From: Candidatus Coatesbacteria bacterium
Lineage (GTDB): Bacteria; RBG-13-66-14; B26-G2; JAUVZD01
Assembly: GCA_030602715.1 (NCBI GenBank)
Contig: JAUVZD010000006.1
Location: 26,465-90,464 of the forward strand
Direction of reading: 5' to 3'
Length of the DNA: 64,000 nt
Positions 46,685-56,569 of this stretch are shown in pieces (the stretch's first letter is position 1; each line of letters begins with the position of its first letter). Under the pieces are notes generated by a model. That model was not told the origin of the DNA. It did not search any database and saw only the letters and a program-made list of their open reading frames with translations. The position numbers and the translations under genes were made by a program.

Positions 46685-47841
46685 TGCTTCCTCGTTCCCA
46701 GACGGAGATAATACTTACCGGTGCTACCCTATTTTTGGTCGCTATTGGTATCTATATGGTCTTCTCCGCCTCGGCAGCCATCGGCTACCTGGAGTTTGAC
46801 GGTGATGCCAACTATTTTATGAAAAAACAGCTCGTGGGATTGCTTTTAGGGATTGCTGCCTTCATCGTCCTGCGCCGATTGGACTACCACCTCCTCTCCG
46901 CATTGAGCCCCTATTTTGTGATGCTCTGCCTGGCGCTTTTGGTCCTGGTCCTGTTCATCGGCGTGGGTCCGGCAGGCTACGATGTCCACCGTTGGCTCAA
47001 GGTGGGTCCCGTGTTCATTCAACCTTCGGAGCTCTCCAAGCTGGTGCTGGCTTTATACATCCCCCAGGTGCTGATCAAGCTCTCCAAACGTGAGGGTGGG
47101 GTGAAGGATTGGCGCAGACCGCTACCATTTCTCTTGCTCTTTGCAGTGGTATTCGTCCTCATCGCCGCCGAGCCGGATATGAGTATGGCTATTATTATCA
47201 TGGTCATCGCCTTGATCACCCTCTTTGTGGGTGGGGTTCGCCTGACCCACATCGCTGCCTTGACTATGGCTTCGGTGCCTTTTGTGTGGTATATGATTGT
47301 ATCCGAGCCCTATCGCTTCCGACGCATCTTCTCCTTCCTGGACCCTTGGGCGGACCCCGCAGCGGGTGGCTATCAGGCGGTGCAATCGCTCATATCCATC
47401 GGCTCGGGAAAGTTCTTCGGGCTGGGCTTGTGTGCCAGCCGACAGAAGCTATTCTACCTGCCAGCCCCACACACCGACTTCATCTTCGCTGTGCTGGGGG
47501 AGGAGACCGGCTTTTGGGGGACAACTCTGGTAGTGACGTTGTTCTTGGTGGTAATGATAGTCTCCCTGCGCATGGCGGTTAAAGCAAAAGACCGGCTGGG
47601 AGGTCTGCTCGCCGTTTCCCTTTCGCTGATGATAACCGTCCCGGCGCTGGTGAATATGGGTATGGTGGTGGGTCTTCTGCCGGTTACCGGAATACCCCTG
47701 CCCTTCATAAGTTATGGAGGGTCTTCGCTGGCGGTAAGCCTGGCGGCTATGGGGGTGCTGTGCAACATAGCTCACCAGAACCGCAAGGAACAACTGAGAC
47801 AGATGGAGGATAAAATAACTCCTAAATGGATGGGAGTATAA
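46684..47841 (+). CDS. ftsW: Peptidoglycan glycosyltransferase FtsW (SEDS family)
   Basis: 10-TM SEDS protein with conserved …PSELSKL… and …TDFIFAV…GE…G… segments. In the canonical position. Confidence 0.85.
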   Translation: MLPRSQTEIILTGATLFLVAIGIYMVFSASAAIGYLEFDGDANYFMKKQLVGLLLGIAAFIVLRRLDYHLLSALSPYFVMLCLALLVLVLFIGVGPAGYDVHRWLKVGPVFIQPSELSKLVLALYIPQVLIKLSKREGGVKDWRRPLPFLLLFAVVFVLIAAEPDMSMAIIIMVIALITLFVGGVRLTHIAALTMASVPFVWYMIVSEPYRFRRIFSFLDPWADPAAGGYQAVQSLISIGSGKFFGLGLCASRQKLFYLPAPHTDFIFAVLGEETGFWGTTLVVTLFLVVMIVSLRMAVKAKDRLGGLLAVSLSLMITVPALVNMGMVVGLLPVTGIPLPFISYGGSSLAVSLAAMGVLCNIAHQNRKEQLRQMEDKITPKWMGV

Positions 47842-47842
47842 A

Positions 47843-48937
47843 ATGAGAAAGTCAACGATAATCATTGCCGGTGGAGGAACCGGGGGTCATCTCTTCCCCG
47901 GGGTGGCTGTAGCCGAAGCCCTGTGCCGACTGGACCCCAGCCGGCGGATAATCTTCACCATAAGCGGGTCCCGGGAGAATAGACATCTAAAACCATATCA
48001 ACTAGAGGTAGTCAGGATAAGTTCAGCACCATTTTACAGAGGATTGGATCCAAGGATATTTGCATCACTCGTCATCACCTTTCTTGGTTTGATACAGTCA
48101 CTGGCGCTGATAATGCGGGTGCGACCGGAGGTGGTGGTGGGGATGGGGGGCTATGTAGCCGGTCCGGTGACCTTAGCCGCATACCTGAGAGGGGTTCCGA
48201 GTATAATCTGTGAACAGAATGCGGTCCCCGGGTTGACCAATCGGCTCCTTGCCCGCCTGGCGGATATTGTTGCAATGTCCTTTGAGGATACACCCATTAA
48301 GAGTAAAGCGAGGCTGGTGGTTACCGGAAACCCCATTCGTGAGGAGTGTCGTCCCTTACCCAAGGGTAAGGCGCGTGCCCGGTTGGGCATTTCCAGATCA
48401 AAACCTGTAATTCTGGTGATGGGAGGAAGCCAGGGGGCACACCGCATAAACCGGGCGGTCATCCGGGCTTTTGAGATGGGCTTTGGAAGGAGGTATCGGT
48501 TTATCCTCCAGACCGGCGAGGCTGATTTCTCGGCGGTGAAGGAAGCGGTGGACAGAGCGGGGATAAGTGCTTTGGTTCGCCCCTTCTACGAGAGGATGGG
48601 AGCCATCTATGGCGCCGCCGACCTGGCTCTGACCCGCTCCGGTGGGGGCACCTTTGAACTTCTGGCTTGCGGCATCCCCCTCATATTGGTCCCCTATCCC
48701 TATGCCGCCGCCGGTCACCAAACCGCAAACGCCCTTCACTGGCAGAGGGGCGGAGCGGCGGTGGTCGTCAAGGACCGGGAGTTTGACGGTGAGAGGTTCG
48801 CTAAACTTATAGACGATTTGATGGCGGATAAGGGAAGACTGAAGCGGATGGCGAAATCTTCCCGTAAAATGGCTCATCCTCATGCCGCTGGTGTTGTGGC
48901 ACAGTTGGCGCTTGAGCTGGCGGGAGGCGAAAAGTGA
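47843..48937 (+). CDS. murG: UDP-N-acetylglucosamine--N-acetylmuramyl-(pentapeptide) pyrophosphoryl-undecaprenol GlcNAc transferase
   Basis: GGTGGHLFPGVAVAEAL N-terminal motif and the GT28 C-domain. Confidence 0.9.
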   Translation: MRKSTIIIAGGGTGGHLFPGVAVAEALCRLDPSRRIIFTISGSRENRHLKPYQLEVVRISSAPFYRGLDPRIFASLVITFLGLIQSLALIMRVRPEVVVGMGGYVAGPVTLAAYLRGVPSIICEQNAVPGLTNRLLARLADIVAMSFEDTPIKSKARLVVTGNPIREECRPLPKGKARARLGISRSKPVILVMGGSQGAHRINRAVIRAFEMGFGRRYRFILQTGEADFSAVKEAVDRAGISALVRPFYERMGAIYGAADLALTRSGGGTFELLACGIPLILVPYPYAAAGHQTANALHWQRGGAAVVVKDREFDGERFAKLIDDLMADKGRLKRMAKSSRKMAHPHAAGVVAQLALELAGGEK

Positions 48938-50331
48938 TGTTTGGAAAGGTGCGCCACATACATTTTGTGGGCATAGGCGGGGCTGGCATGTGCGGGCTTG
49001 CAGAACTGCTGCACAACCTTAGTTTTACGGTCACCGGCTCCGATTTGGTGGAGGGTGAGACGGTGAAGCGGCTGAAGAAGTTGGGGGTGAAGGTGGTTTT
49101 GGGTCATAAGGCACGGAACTGCTCGGGTGCTGAGGTGGTGATCTATTCCTCGGCAATTCCGGAGGATAATCCCGAGATGACCTGGGCTCGCCGGGAGGGG
49201 GTGCCCATCATCCCCCGGGCGGAGATGCTCGCCGAGCTGATGCGCTTGAAGGTGGGGATAGCGGTTGCCGGCACCCATGGCAAGACCACCACTACCTCCA
49301 TTCTGGCTTCAATACTGGCTTCGGCCGGCTTGGACCCCACCTATGTCATCGGCGGTCGGCTGAACAGTATCGGGGCGGGAGCCAAGCTGGGCGACGGACA
49401 GTATCTGGTAGCCGAAGCCGATGAGAGCGATGGCTCCTTCCTCAAGCTTTCTCCCATCTATGTGATCGTAACCAATATTGACCGGGACCACCTGGATTAT
49501 TACCCCGACCTGGCGGCGATACAGGAGGCGTTTGTGCAGTTTATCAATAAAGTGCCTTTCTACGGTGCCGCCTTCATCTGCGGAGACGACCCCAATCTGG
49601 CTACCATTAGACCGCACATCAATCGCCGGGTGCGCATCTATGGAATGACTTCGCAGGCGGAGCTCTCTGCCTTTGATGTGCACCACCGACCGATGTCCTC
49701 CAGCTTCCGCCTGAACATAGAAGGGGAGGATGTGGGGGAGATTGAGGTCAACCTGCCCGGTCGGCATAATGTCTATAACGCCCTGGCGTCCATCGGTGTG
49801 GCTTTAGAGCTGGGGGTGGAGTGGGAGGATATTCGCCGGGCACTTTCCACCTTTGACGGCATAGAGATGCGCTTTCAGGTGGTGGGCAAGACCGCAGATG
49901 ACATCATCATCATGCACGATTATGCACATCATCCGACGGAGATAAAAGCCACCCTCAAAGCCTTGGTTGATTCCTGGAATAAGCGCATACTGGCAATATT
50001 CCAGCCCCACCGTTATTCCCGCACCCAGCACCTGACCGAGGAGTTTGCTCGTTCCTTCTTCCAGGCTGATGAGCTGATAGTTACCGATATCTATCCTGCA
50101 GGGGAGGAGCCTATAGACGGGGTGAGGGCGGAGACGATGGTGGAGATGGCTCGGGCTTTCGGACACAGGCGTGCAACTTACATCGCCGATAAGGAGAAGA
50201 TACCGGCGGTGGTCGCAGAGAGAGCCCAGCCTGACGATATGGTAATCCTGATGGGGGCTGGTGATGTATGGAAGGTAGCGCGAAAGGTCGCCGAACTGCT
50301 TGAGGAGGGTCATGGAAGGACAGATGGTTAA
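48934..50331 (+). CDS. murC: UDP-N-acetylmuramate--L-alanine ligase
   Basis: HIHFVGIGGAGMCGLAELL, the GTHGKTTTTS P-loop, and the MurC C-domain. Confidence 0.9.
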   Translation: MMFGKVRHIHFVGIGGAGMCGLAELLHNLSFTVTGSDLVEGETVKRLKKLGVKVVLGHKARNCSGAEVVIYSSAIPEDNPEMTWARREGVPIIPRAEMLAELMRLKVGIAVAGTHGKTTTTSILASILASAGLDPTYVIGGRLNSIGAGAKLGDGQYLVAEADESDGSFLKLSPIYVIVTNIDRDHLDYYPDLAAIQEAFVQFINKVPFYGAAFICGDDPNLATIRPHINRRVRIYGMTSQAELSAFDVHHRPMSSSFRLNIEGEDVGEIEVNLPGRHNVYNALASIGVALELGVEWEDIRRALSTFDGIEMRFQVVGKTADDIIIMHDYAHHPTEIKATLKALVDSWNKRILAIFQPHRYSRTQHLTEEFARSFFQADELIVTDIYPAGEEPIDGVRAETMVEMARAFGHRRATYIADKEKIPAVVAERAQPDDMVILMGAGDVWKVARKVAELLEEGHGRTDG

Positions 50332-51244
50332 AGGACTTTCCATAGAGGACATCCCGGGACTGACCCTGCTTTATGATGAGCCCGCCTCCCGCCACACTAC
50401 CTTGCAGGTGGGGGGACCGATGGACCTTCTGGTCATACCGAAGAGCAAACAGGCTCTGGTCAAGCTGGTTCGTCGGCTCAGGGAGGTGGGAGTGAAACCG
50501 TTAGTCATCGGCGCCGGCACCAACCTGCTGGTGCGGGACGGCGGTATACGTGGTGTGGTGGTCAAGGTTGGGGAGGAGTTGGGAGGAGTTACTTGGGGAA
50601 GTGAGGGAGTGACCGTTGGGGCTGGAGAACCGCTTATTGACCTCTCCCGCCAGGCAGTGGAGCGGGGAATGAGCGGTCTGGAGTATGCCTGCGGTATTCC
50701 CGGAACCATTGGTGGTGCTCTGTATATGAACGCCGGTGCCTACGGCTGGAGCGTGGCTGATGTGGTGAGTGAGGTGGAACTACTCTCTTACAGCGGGAGG
50801 GTGCAGAGAGTTGACCCACGCCTGCTCAAGTTCGGTTACCGCTCAAGCGTTCTTGGGGATAAGGGTATAGCTCTGTCCTGCAGGATGAGCTTGCTTGCAG
50901 GCGACAGTAAATTGCTCAAGCGCCTGGTTGACGAGGTGCTTGCGGTTCGCCGGGAAAAGATGCCGCTGGATTATCCCAGCGCCGGCTCATTTTTCAAGAA
51001 CCCGTCAAAGGAGCTTCCCGCCGGACGACTTCTGGAGGAGGCTGGCTGTAAGGGAATGCGGGTGGGGAAGGCGGAAATTAGCGAAAAACACGCAAATTTC
51101 ATCGTCAACACCGGTGGGGCTTCCTCTGCGGATATTCTCAACCTGATGGAGTTGGCACAGGAGAAAGTGCGGCGACTGTTTGGGATGAAGCTTGAGCCGG
51201 AGGTATGCATCGTTGGAGAGGAGGAGGTGAAGGATGGCAAATAG
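50324..51244 (+). CDS. murB: UDP-N-acetylenolpyruvoylglucosamine reductase
   Basis: FAD-binding PCMH domain (…TTLQVGGPMDLLV…IGAGTNLLVRDGG…) plus the MurB C-domain. The ATG at 50324 overlaps the murC stop (ATGGTTAA). Upstream in-frame ATGs at 50300 and 50312 are also possible. Confidence 0.85.
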   Translation: MVKGLSIEDIPGLTLLYDEPASRHTTLQVGGPMDLLVIPKSKQALVKLVRRLREVGVKPLVIGAGTNLLVRDGGIRGVVVKVGEELGGVTWGSEGVTVGAGEPLIDLSRQAVERGMSGLEYACGIPGTIGGALYMNAGAYGWSVADVVSEVELLSYSGRVQRVDPRLLKFGYRSSVLGDKGIALSCRMSLLAGDSKLLKRLVDEVLAVRREKMPLDYPSAGSFFKNPSKELPAGRLLEEAGCKGMRVGKAEISEKHANFIVNTGGASSADILNLMELAQEKVRRLFGMKLEPEVCIVGEEEVKDGK

Positions 51245-52073
51245 GGATATGGTCTTTGGTAATAGGGTGACGCTGGACCGGGCGCGGGTGGCAGAGAGAA
51301 CCACCAGAGCGCCAAAAAGGGGTTTTATCCACCGGCTGGTGGAAGTATTGCTGATGTTTGCCGTGGCGATGGGAATAGCCTTCGGGATAGTCAAGCTGTC
51401 ACTCTTTTTGGGGCTGATAGAGGTGGACAGGATAACAGTTGAGGGCAACTGCTTCATCTCCGACGATGAGGTGGCTCGGCTTGCCGGCATCGCCGTCGGA
51501 CAAAATATTGAGGAGATAGACGAAGGTAAGGTGGCAGACGCCCTCCTATCTAACCCCAGAGTTATGTCGGTGGTGGTCAATAAGTCTCTCTCCGGTGAGG
51601 TGGTCATCCAGATCACCGAGTCCATCCCCGTAGCTCTCATTCGTCTGGGGGATAGTCTGCGAGTGGTGGACAACCACAGTTGTCTTTATGACAGCAGTGG
51701 TGAGGTGGTGCGTGGTGAACTTCCTCTCATCGGTCCTACGGTCTTTGAGGATGCCGATGGAGACGGTCACATTGAAAGTGAGGATCTGCAGTCTGCCCTT
51801 GATGTCCTTACCAGCATGCGCAAGGAGAATCTGTATCTTGGGGCAAGGCTCTGCTATTTTGACCTTGATGAGTTTAGAGGATATACCGTTGAAGGCATCT
51901 CGGTGGTATTTGCCCCCGATATGAGCAAGAAGGAACTTGTCCGTGCTTCGGCAATATATCGTCTTGCGGTGGAGAAGGGATGGGTGGAGGTTGATGCTCG
52001 GTTTGATGACCGTATTATCGTTGATAAAGGGGAGGTAATAAATGGAAGTGAGCCGAAGGGAGAGGAGGGATGA
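51234..52073 (+). CDS. ftsQ: Cell-division protein FtsQ (POTRA-containing)
   Basis: N-terminal TM, POTRA-like …VDRITVEGNCFISDDEV…, in the canonical slot between murB and ftsA. Confidence 0.7.
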   Translation: MANRDMVFGNRVTLDRARVAERTTRAPKRGFIHRLVEVLLMFAVAMGIAFGIVKLSLFLGLIEVDRITVEGNCFISDDEVARLAGIAVGQNIEEIDEGKVADALLSNPRVMSVVVNKSLSGEVVIQITESIPVALIRLGDSLRVVDNHSCLYDSSGEVVRGELPLIGPTVFEDADGDGHIESEDLQSALDVLTSMRKENLYLGARLCYFDLDEFRGYTVEGISVVFAPDMSKKELVRASAIYRLAVEKGWVEVDARFDDRIIVDKGEVINGSEPKGEEG

Positions 52074-53296
52074 TGGCTGAAAGTGAGGAGTTGGTTTTGG
52101 GACTTGACATCGGCACCACCAAGATAGCTGCGATCATCTGTGAGGTCGGCGAACTGGGGAAGGTTAGTGTCGTGGGGGTGGGTATGCATCCCTCCAAGGG
52201 CTTGAAGAGAGGTGCGGTGGTCAACCTGGAGGAGACGGTTCACTCCGTCACTAATGCCATACATTCTGCGGAGCTGATGGCTGGTGTAAGTATGGACGAG
52301 GTTTTGGTGGGTATCGCCGGCGAACACATAGAAAGCACCGACAGCAGGGGGGTAATCGCCATCTCCGCACCCAATCGGGAGATAACCCACGAGGATGTCA
52401 ACCGGGTTATTGAGGCGGCAAGTGCGATAGCCCTACCGGCGGACAGGCGCATTGTGGACATCATCCCCCAGAAGTTTGAGATAGATGACCAGGGGGGGGT
52501 GGACAATCCGGTGGGTCTGACCGGTACCCGTCTGGAAGCCACCGTTCATCTGGTGACCTGCGCCGAGGGCTTTGCCGAGAATATCATCAAATCGGTGGAG
52601 CGGGCTGGCTACGGCGTCTCCCGCCTGGTCCTGGAACCCCTGGCGAGTGCCGAGGCGGTGCTGACCGAAGATGAGAAGGAGCTTGGCGTGGTGCTTCTGG
52701 ATATTGGCGGAGGGACTACAGATACAGCGGTCTTTCTGGATAGATGTATAACCAAGACCTTTGTGGTTCCCTTGGGTGGAAACGACATGACCCGTGATTT
52801 AGCCATCGGTCTGCGCACCCCCATGAACAGTGCCGAGGAATTGAAGAAGGAGTTCGGTTCGGTGTGGATGCCCTTGATAGATGAGGATGAGAGCGTGGAG
52901 GTTCCCGGAGTGGGAGGGCGGGCGGCTAAGATGGTAGCCCAGACCTCCCTGGTGGAGATATTGGGTGCAAGGATGGAGGAGATATATCTGTGGGCAAAGC
53001 GGGAGATACATAAGTTGAACCTCTATGACATGTTAGCCGCCGGGGTGGTCATCACCGGTGGTTCAGCCAAGATATCCGGAGCGGTGGAGCTGGCGGAGGA
53101 GGTCTTTGAGCTTCCTACCCGCCTGGGCGCTCCACACGATATCGGTGGGTTGGGTGATGTCATCGGCGACCCCATCTATGCCACCGGTGTAGGCTTGGTG
53201 CTATACGATATACTGCAGGAGCAACCCAAAGCACGCAAGCGCCGTCGGGTTGGGGTGTTCCGTTGGTTCAGAGAGCTCTTTCAGGACTTTTCCTAA
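52070..53296 (+). CDS. ftsA: Cell-division protein FtsA
   Basis: Actin-fold ATPase motifs (LVLGLDIGTTKI…, …VLLDIGGGTTD…) and the FtsA-type 1C subdomain. Confidence 0.9.
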   Translation: MMAESEELVLGLDIGTTKIAAIICEVGELGKVSVVGVGMHPSKGLKRGAVVNLEETVHSVTNAIHSAELMAGVSMDEVLVGIAGEHIESTDSRGVIAISAPNREITHEDVNRVIEAASAIALPADRRIVDIIPQKFEIDDQGGVDNPVGLTGTRLEATVHLVTCAEGFAENIIKSVERAGYGVSRLVLEPLASAEAVLTEDEKELGVVLLDIGGGTTDTAVFLDRCITKTFVVPLGGNDMTRDLAIGLRTPMNSAEELKKEFGSVWMPLIDEDESVEVPGVGGRAAKMVAQTSLVEILGARMEEIYLWAKREIHKLNLYDMLAAGVVITGGSAKISGAVELAEEVFELPTRLGAPHDIGGLGDVIGDPIYATGVGLVLYDILQEQPKARKRRRVGVFRWFRELFQDFS

Positions 53297-53387
53297 AAAA
53301 AGTATTAAGGGTGTTGGATATGGTCTTTCATTTCGGATTCATCAATGGGTTCATTAATTCTTTTAAACAAGAAAGGAGGTGGGGAGG

Positions 53388-54509
53388 ATGATTACCTCCC
53401 AACCATCCGAGATGCTTCATTTTGAGCAGGAGTATCAAGCAGGTGCGACCATCAAGGTGGTGGGTGTGGGCGGCGGGGGTGGAAATGCGGTAAACCGTAT
53501 GATTGAGAGCCACTTGCGGGGTGTGGAGTTCATCGCCGTCAACACCGATGCTCAAGTCCTGCGGAACAATAAAGCCATACAAAAGGTGCAGATAGGAAGC
53601 AAGCTGACCAAGGGTCTGGGTGCTGGAGCCTGTCCGGAGATTGGGCGGGCAGCCGCACAGGAGGACGAGGGCAGTCTGGTAAAAGCTCTGGAAGGGTCGG
53701 ATATGGTCTTTATCACCTGCGGGCTCGGCGGAGGCACCGGCACTGGGGCATCACCGATAATTGCGGACATCGCCAAGAGCCTTGGCTCTCTGGTCGTGGC
53801 TGTAATTACCAAGCCTTTTGAATTTGAGGGGAAAAAGCGTATGCGTCAGGCGAATTCGGGGCTCAGCGACTTGAAGGGACGATTGGATACTGTAATAGTC
53901 ATTCCCAATCAAAGGCTATTTTCCGTGGTGGATAAGAACACCTCGTTCATTGAAGCTTTTCGCCTGGCGGATGATGTGCTGGTGCGGGCGGTGCGGGGTA
54001 TCTCCGACCTCATCACCGTGCCCGGGTTGATTAATGTTGATTTTGCCGACGTGCGCACGGTGATGGCTGAATGCGGTGGGGGCGCCATCATGGGCACCGG
54101 TCAAGCAAGTGGTGAGAACAGGGCGGCACAAGCCGCTGAGGAGGCTATCAGCAGTCCCCTGCTTGAGGGATATACCATCAGCGGAGCAAAGGGATTGCTG
54201 ATAAACATCACCGGGGACCCTTCTATGACTCTGAACGATGTTCAACAAGCCACAGAAGTTATCACCGGGGTGGCGGACGAGGAAGCCAACATAATCTTCG
54301 GAGCGGCTATCAAGGAGGGACAGAGCGACTTCTCCGTCACCGTCATCGCCACCGGTTTCCCCCAGGACGGCGATGATCCAAGCCGCAAGTATCCGGAGAT
54401 AATAGAGTTCGTCCCGGAGCAGGGAGTTGTCGGCGGGGCGAGGATGGTTGAAGATCGGAGCGTTCCCGCCTATCTGCGGAAGGAGGAGATAGTCAAGGAG
54501 ATGGAGTAG
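53388..54509 (+). CDS. ftsZ: Cell-division GTPase FtsZ
   Basis: GVGGGGGNAVN tubulin signature and the GLGGGTGTGASP T4 loop. ATG at 53388 is preceded by aaaggaggtgggg. The track ORF from the GTG at 53379 is 3 codons longer. Confidence 0.9.
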   Translation: MITSQPSEMLHFEQEYQAGATIKVVGVGGGGGNAVNRMIESHLRGVEFIAVNTDAQVLRNNKAIQKVQIGSKLTKGLGAGACPEIGRAAAQEDEGSLVKALEGSDMVFITCGLGGGTGTGASPIIADIAKSLGSLVVAVITKPFEFEGKKRMRQANSGLSDLKGRLDTVIVIPNQRLFSVVDKNTSFIEAFRLADDVLVRAVRGISDLITVPGLINVDFADVRTVMAECGGGAIMGTGQASGENRAAQAAEEAISSPLLEGYTISGAKGLLINITGDPSMTLNDVQQATEVITGVADEEANIIFGAAIKEGQSDFSVTVIATGFPQDGDDPSRKYPEIIEFVPEQGVVGGARMVEDRSVPAYLRKEEIVKEME

Positions 54510-54598
54510 GTGAAATTTGGAGAGATTTCAGGTTGCCTTTACGAGTGGGGATTTTGCTGGTTTAATCCCCGAAGATAGGATAGTTCTATAATTAAGCC

Positions 54599-54627
54599 GG
54601 GACGGCGGACGCCGTCCCATTTTTTAT
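54599..54627 (+). terminator. Rho-independent terminator at the end of the dcw cluster
   Basis: gggacggc / gccgtccc 8-bp stem, 4-nt loop, then TTTTTTATT. Confidence 0.65.
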
Positions 54628-54724
54628 TGTCAAACTACTATAGAAAGCCCGGTTTCCCGGTCTGAGATATTTGCCCTTCCTTTAATAACCTCCACATAAA
54701 AACCTCTCTCCTTTACAGATTCCG

Positions 54725-56428
54725 CTAGTCTACCCGAGGCGAACCCAGACCCCCGTCCAGCACCCTGTCCGGTGTGATCACAAAATATTGATAACCCTGT
54801 TCGGTGAGAAACAGTTGGCGTTTCTTGGAGAACTCCTCCTCGGAGGTCTCCTCGCTTACCAAGGTGTAGAAGTAAGCCATATTTTCGCCCTTTTTGGGGC
54901 GCAGGATTCTGCCCAGCCTCTGCGCCTCCTCCTGGCGGGAGCCGAAGGTGCCGGATATTTGTATGGCAACATTGGCGTCGGGGAGGTCCACAGCGAAGTT
55001 GGCTACCTTACTGACCACGATGATGCGCTGTATCCCCCTGCGGAAGGCGTCGTAAATCTTCTCCCGCTCGGTGGTGGGCATGGAGCCTTGAATGAGGGGC
55101 ACCCCTAACATCTTTGCCACCTTACGTAGTTGGGAGAGATAGAGCCCGATGACCAGGATCTGGGCCTGGGGATGGCGGCCAATTATGGTTTTTATCAGCG
55201 GCAGTTTCTCGGGGTTTTCGCTGGCGATGCGGAACTTGGTGCGCACCTCGCTGGTGACATAGGAGAGTCGTTCGCTCTTGGGCATGGGCACCCGCACCTC
55301 GTAGCAGGAGGCGATGGCAATCCAGCCGGCTTTTTCCAGCCGGCGCCAGGCAATATCATATTTCTTGGGTCCGATGAGGGAGAAGACATCCCCCTCCCGA
55401 CCGTCCTCCCGGATGAGAGTGGCGGTCAAGCCCAGCCGGCGCTTAGCCTGAATCTGAGCGGTGATGCGGAATATGGGAGCGGGAAGAAGATGCACCTCGT
55501 CGTAAAGAACCAGCCCCCACTCCTCCTTATCAAAGAGGGTAAAGTGGGGGAATCCGCTCGTCTTGTCCTTTCGCCAGGTCAGTATCTGGTAGGTGGCTAT
55601 GGTTACCGGTTTGATTGCCTTGCGCTCTCCGGAATACTCCGCTACCTCATCTTCGGTCAGGGTGGTTTTGTCCAGCAGTTCGTCTATCCACTGCCGGGCG
55701 GCGGTGATGTTGGTGACCACGATGAGCGTCCAGCTGGCTACCTTTTCCATAATTCCCATCCCCAAGATGGTCTTTCCCGCCCCGCAGGGCAGAACCACCA
55801 CTCCGCTTCCTCCGGTGGTAGCCCCCTCGGCGTAGAAGGCTCGCATAGCCGACTGCTGATAATCTCGCAAAAGGAAGGGTTCACCCGATAAGGCGGTTTC
55901 TCTGAGGGAGAAGGACAGCGGTGCGCCGTCTATATAGCCGGCGGTGTCCTCAACCGGATGACCCAGGTGGATGAGTATCTGCTTGATGAGACCTCTGGAC
56001 ATATCCTTGACCAGCAGATTGCGCTCATCTACCTGACCGATTATATGGGGTTTTGCCTTGCGCAGGTTGGCTATCTCCTCTATGAGCAGGGGGTCTTCGG
56101 AGGTGAGCAGGAGCCCTTCGTCTGCGCGCACCAACTTGAGACGACCGTATCTGCCAATCTGCTGGATGATGAAGGAGCGGATGTTTTGGGGAATCTCGTA
56201 TCTGCCGTAGCGCTCCAGGGTGGCTAAGATGAAGACATCGTCAATTCCCCCGGAGGCGGCGTTCCACAGGGAGATGGGGGAGATGCGGTAGGTGTGGATA
56301 TGCTCCGGAGATTTGACCAGTTCGGCGAAGGTGAGCAGATGGTCGCGCACCTCCTCAAAGAGGGGCGAGTCCACCTCCAGGAGGATGGTGTAGTCGGATT
56401 GAACGATGAGGGGCTTTTCTCTTGTCAT
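54725..56428 (-). CDS. XPB/Rad25/Ssl2-family superfamily-2 DNA helicase (bacterial/archaeal XPB homolog)
   Basis: N-terminal damage-recognition-like domain, helicase motif I (VVLPCGAGKT), DEVH box (LYDEVHLLPAPIF), and C-terminal helicase motifs including QRLGRILR. 567 aa. Confidence 0.7.
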   Translation of the reverse strand: MTREKPLIVQSDYTILLEVDSPLFEEVRDHLLTFAELVKSPEHIHTYRISPISLWNAASGGIDDVFILATLERYGRYEIPQNIRSFIIQQIGRYGRLKLVRADEGLLLTSEDPLLIEEIANLRKAKPHIIGQVDERNLLVKDMSRGLIKQILIHLGHPVEDTAGYIDGAPLSFSLRETALSGEPFLLRDYQQSAMRAFYAEGATTGGSGVVVLPCGAGKTILGMGIMEKVASWTLIVVTNITAARQWIDELLDKTTLTEDEVAEYSGERKAIKPVTIATYQILTWRKDKTSGFPHFTLFDKEEWGLVLYDEVHLLPAPIFRITAQIQAKRRLGLTATLIREDGREGDVFSLIGPKKYDIAWRRLEKAGWIAIASCYEVRVPMPKSERLSYVTSEVRTKFRIASENPEKLPLIKTIIGRHPQAQILVIGLYLSQLRKVAKMLGVPLIQGSMPTTEREKIYDAFRRGIQRIIVVSKVANFAVDLPDANVAIQISGTFGSRQEEAQRLGRILRPKKGENMAYFYTLVSEETSEEEFSKKRQLFLTEQGYQYFVITPDRVLDGGLGSPRVD

Positions 56429-56519
56429 AGCTTGCCTGGGGAAAAGTCCCCGGAGGGCAATTGGTCAGACTAACATAGCTGAGGTAAAATTGGAAGGGGA
56501 AAAGGGAGGAAGAGAAGCG

Positions 56520-56550
56520 AAAAAAACCCGCCCCAGATGATTGGGGCGGG
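56520..56550 (-). terminator. Rho-independent terminator on the minus strand for the 56570..57511 gene
   Basis: cccgcccca…tggggcggg stem. On the minus strand it is followed by TTTTTTT (A7 at 56520..56526 on the plus strand). Confidence 0.6.
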
Positions 56551-56569
56551 TTAAAGTGATGAATTACGC

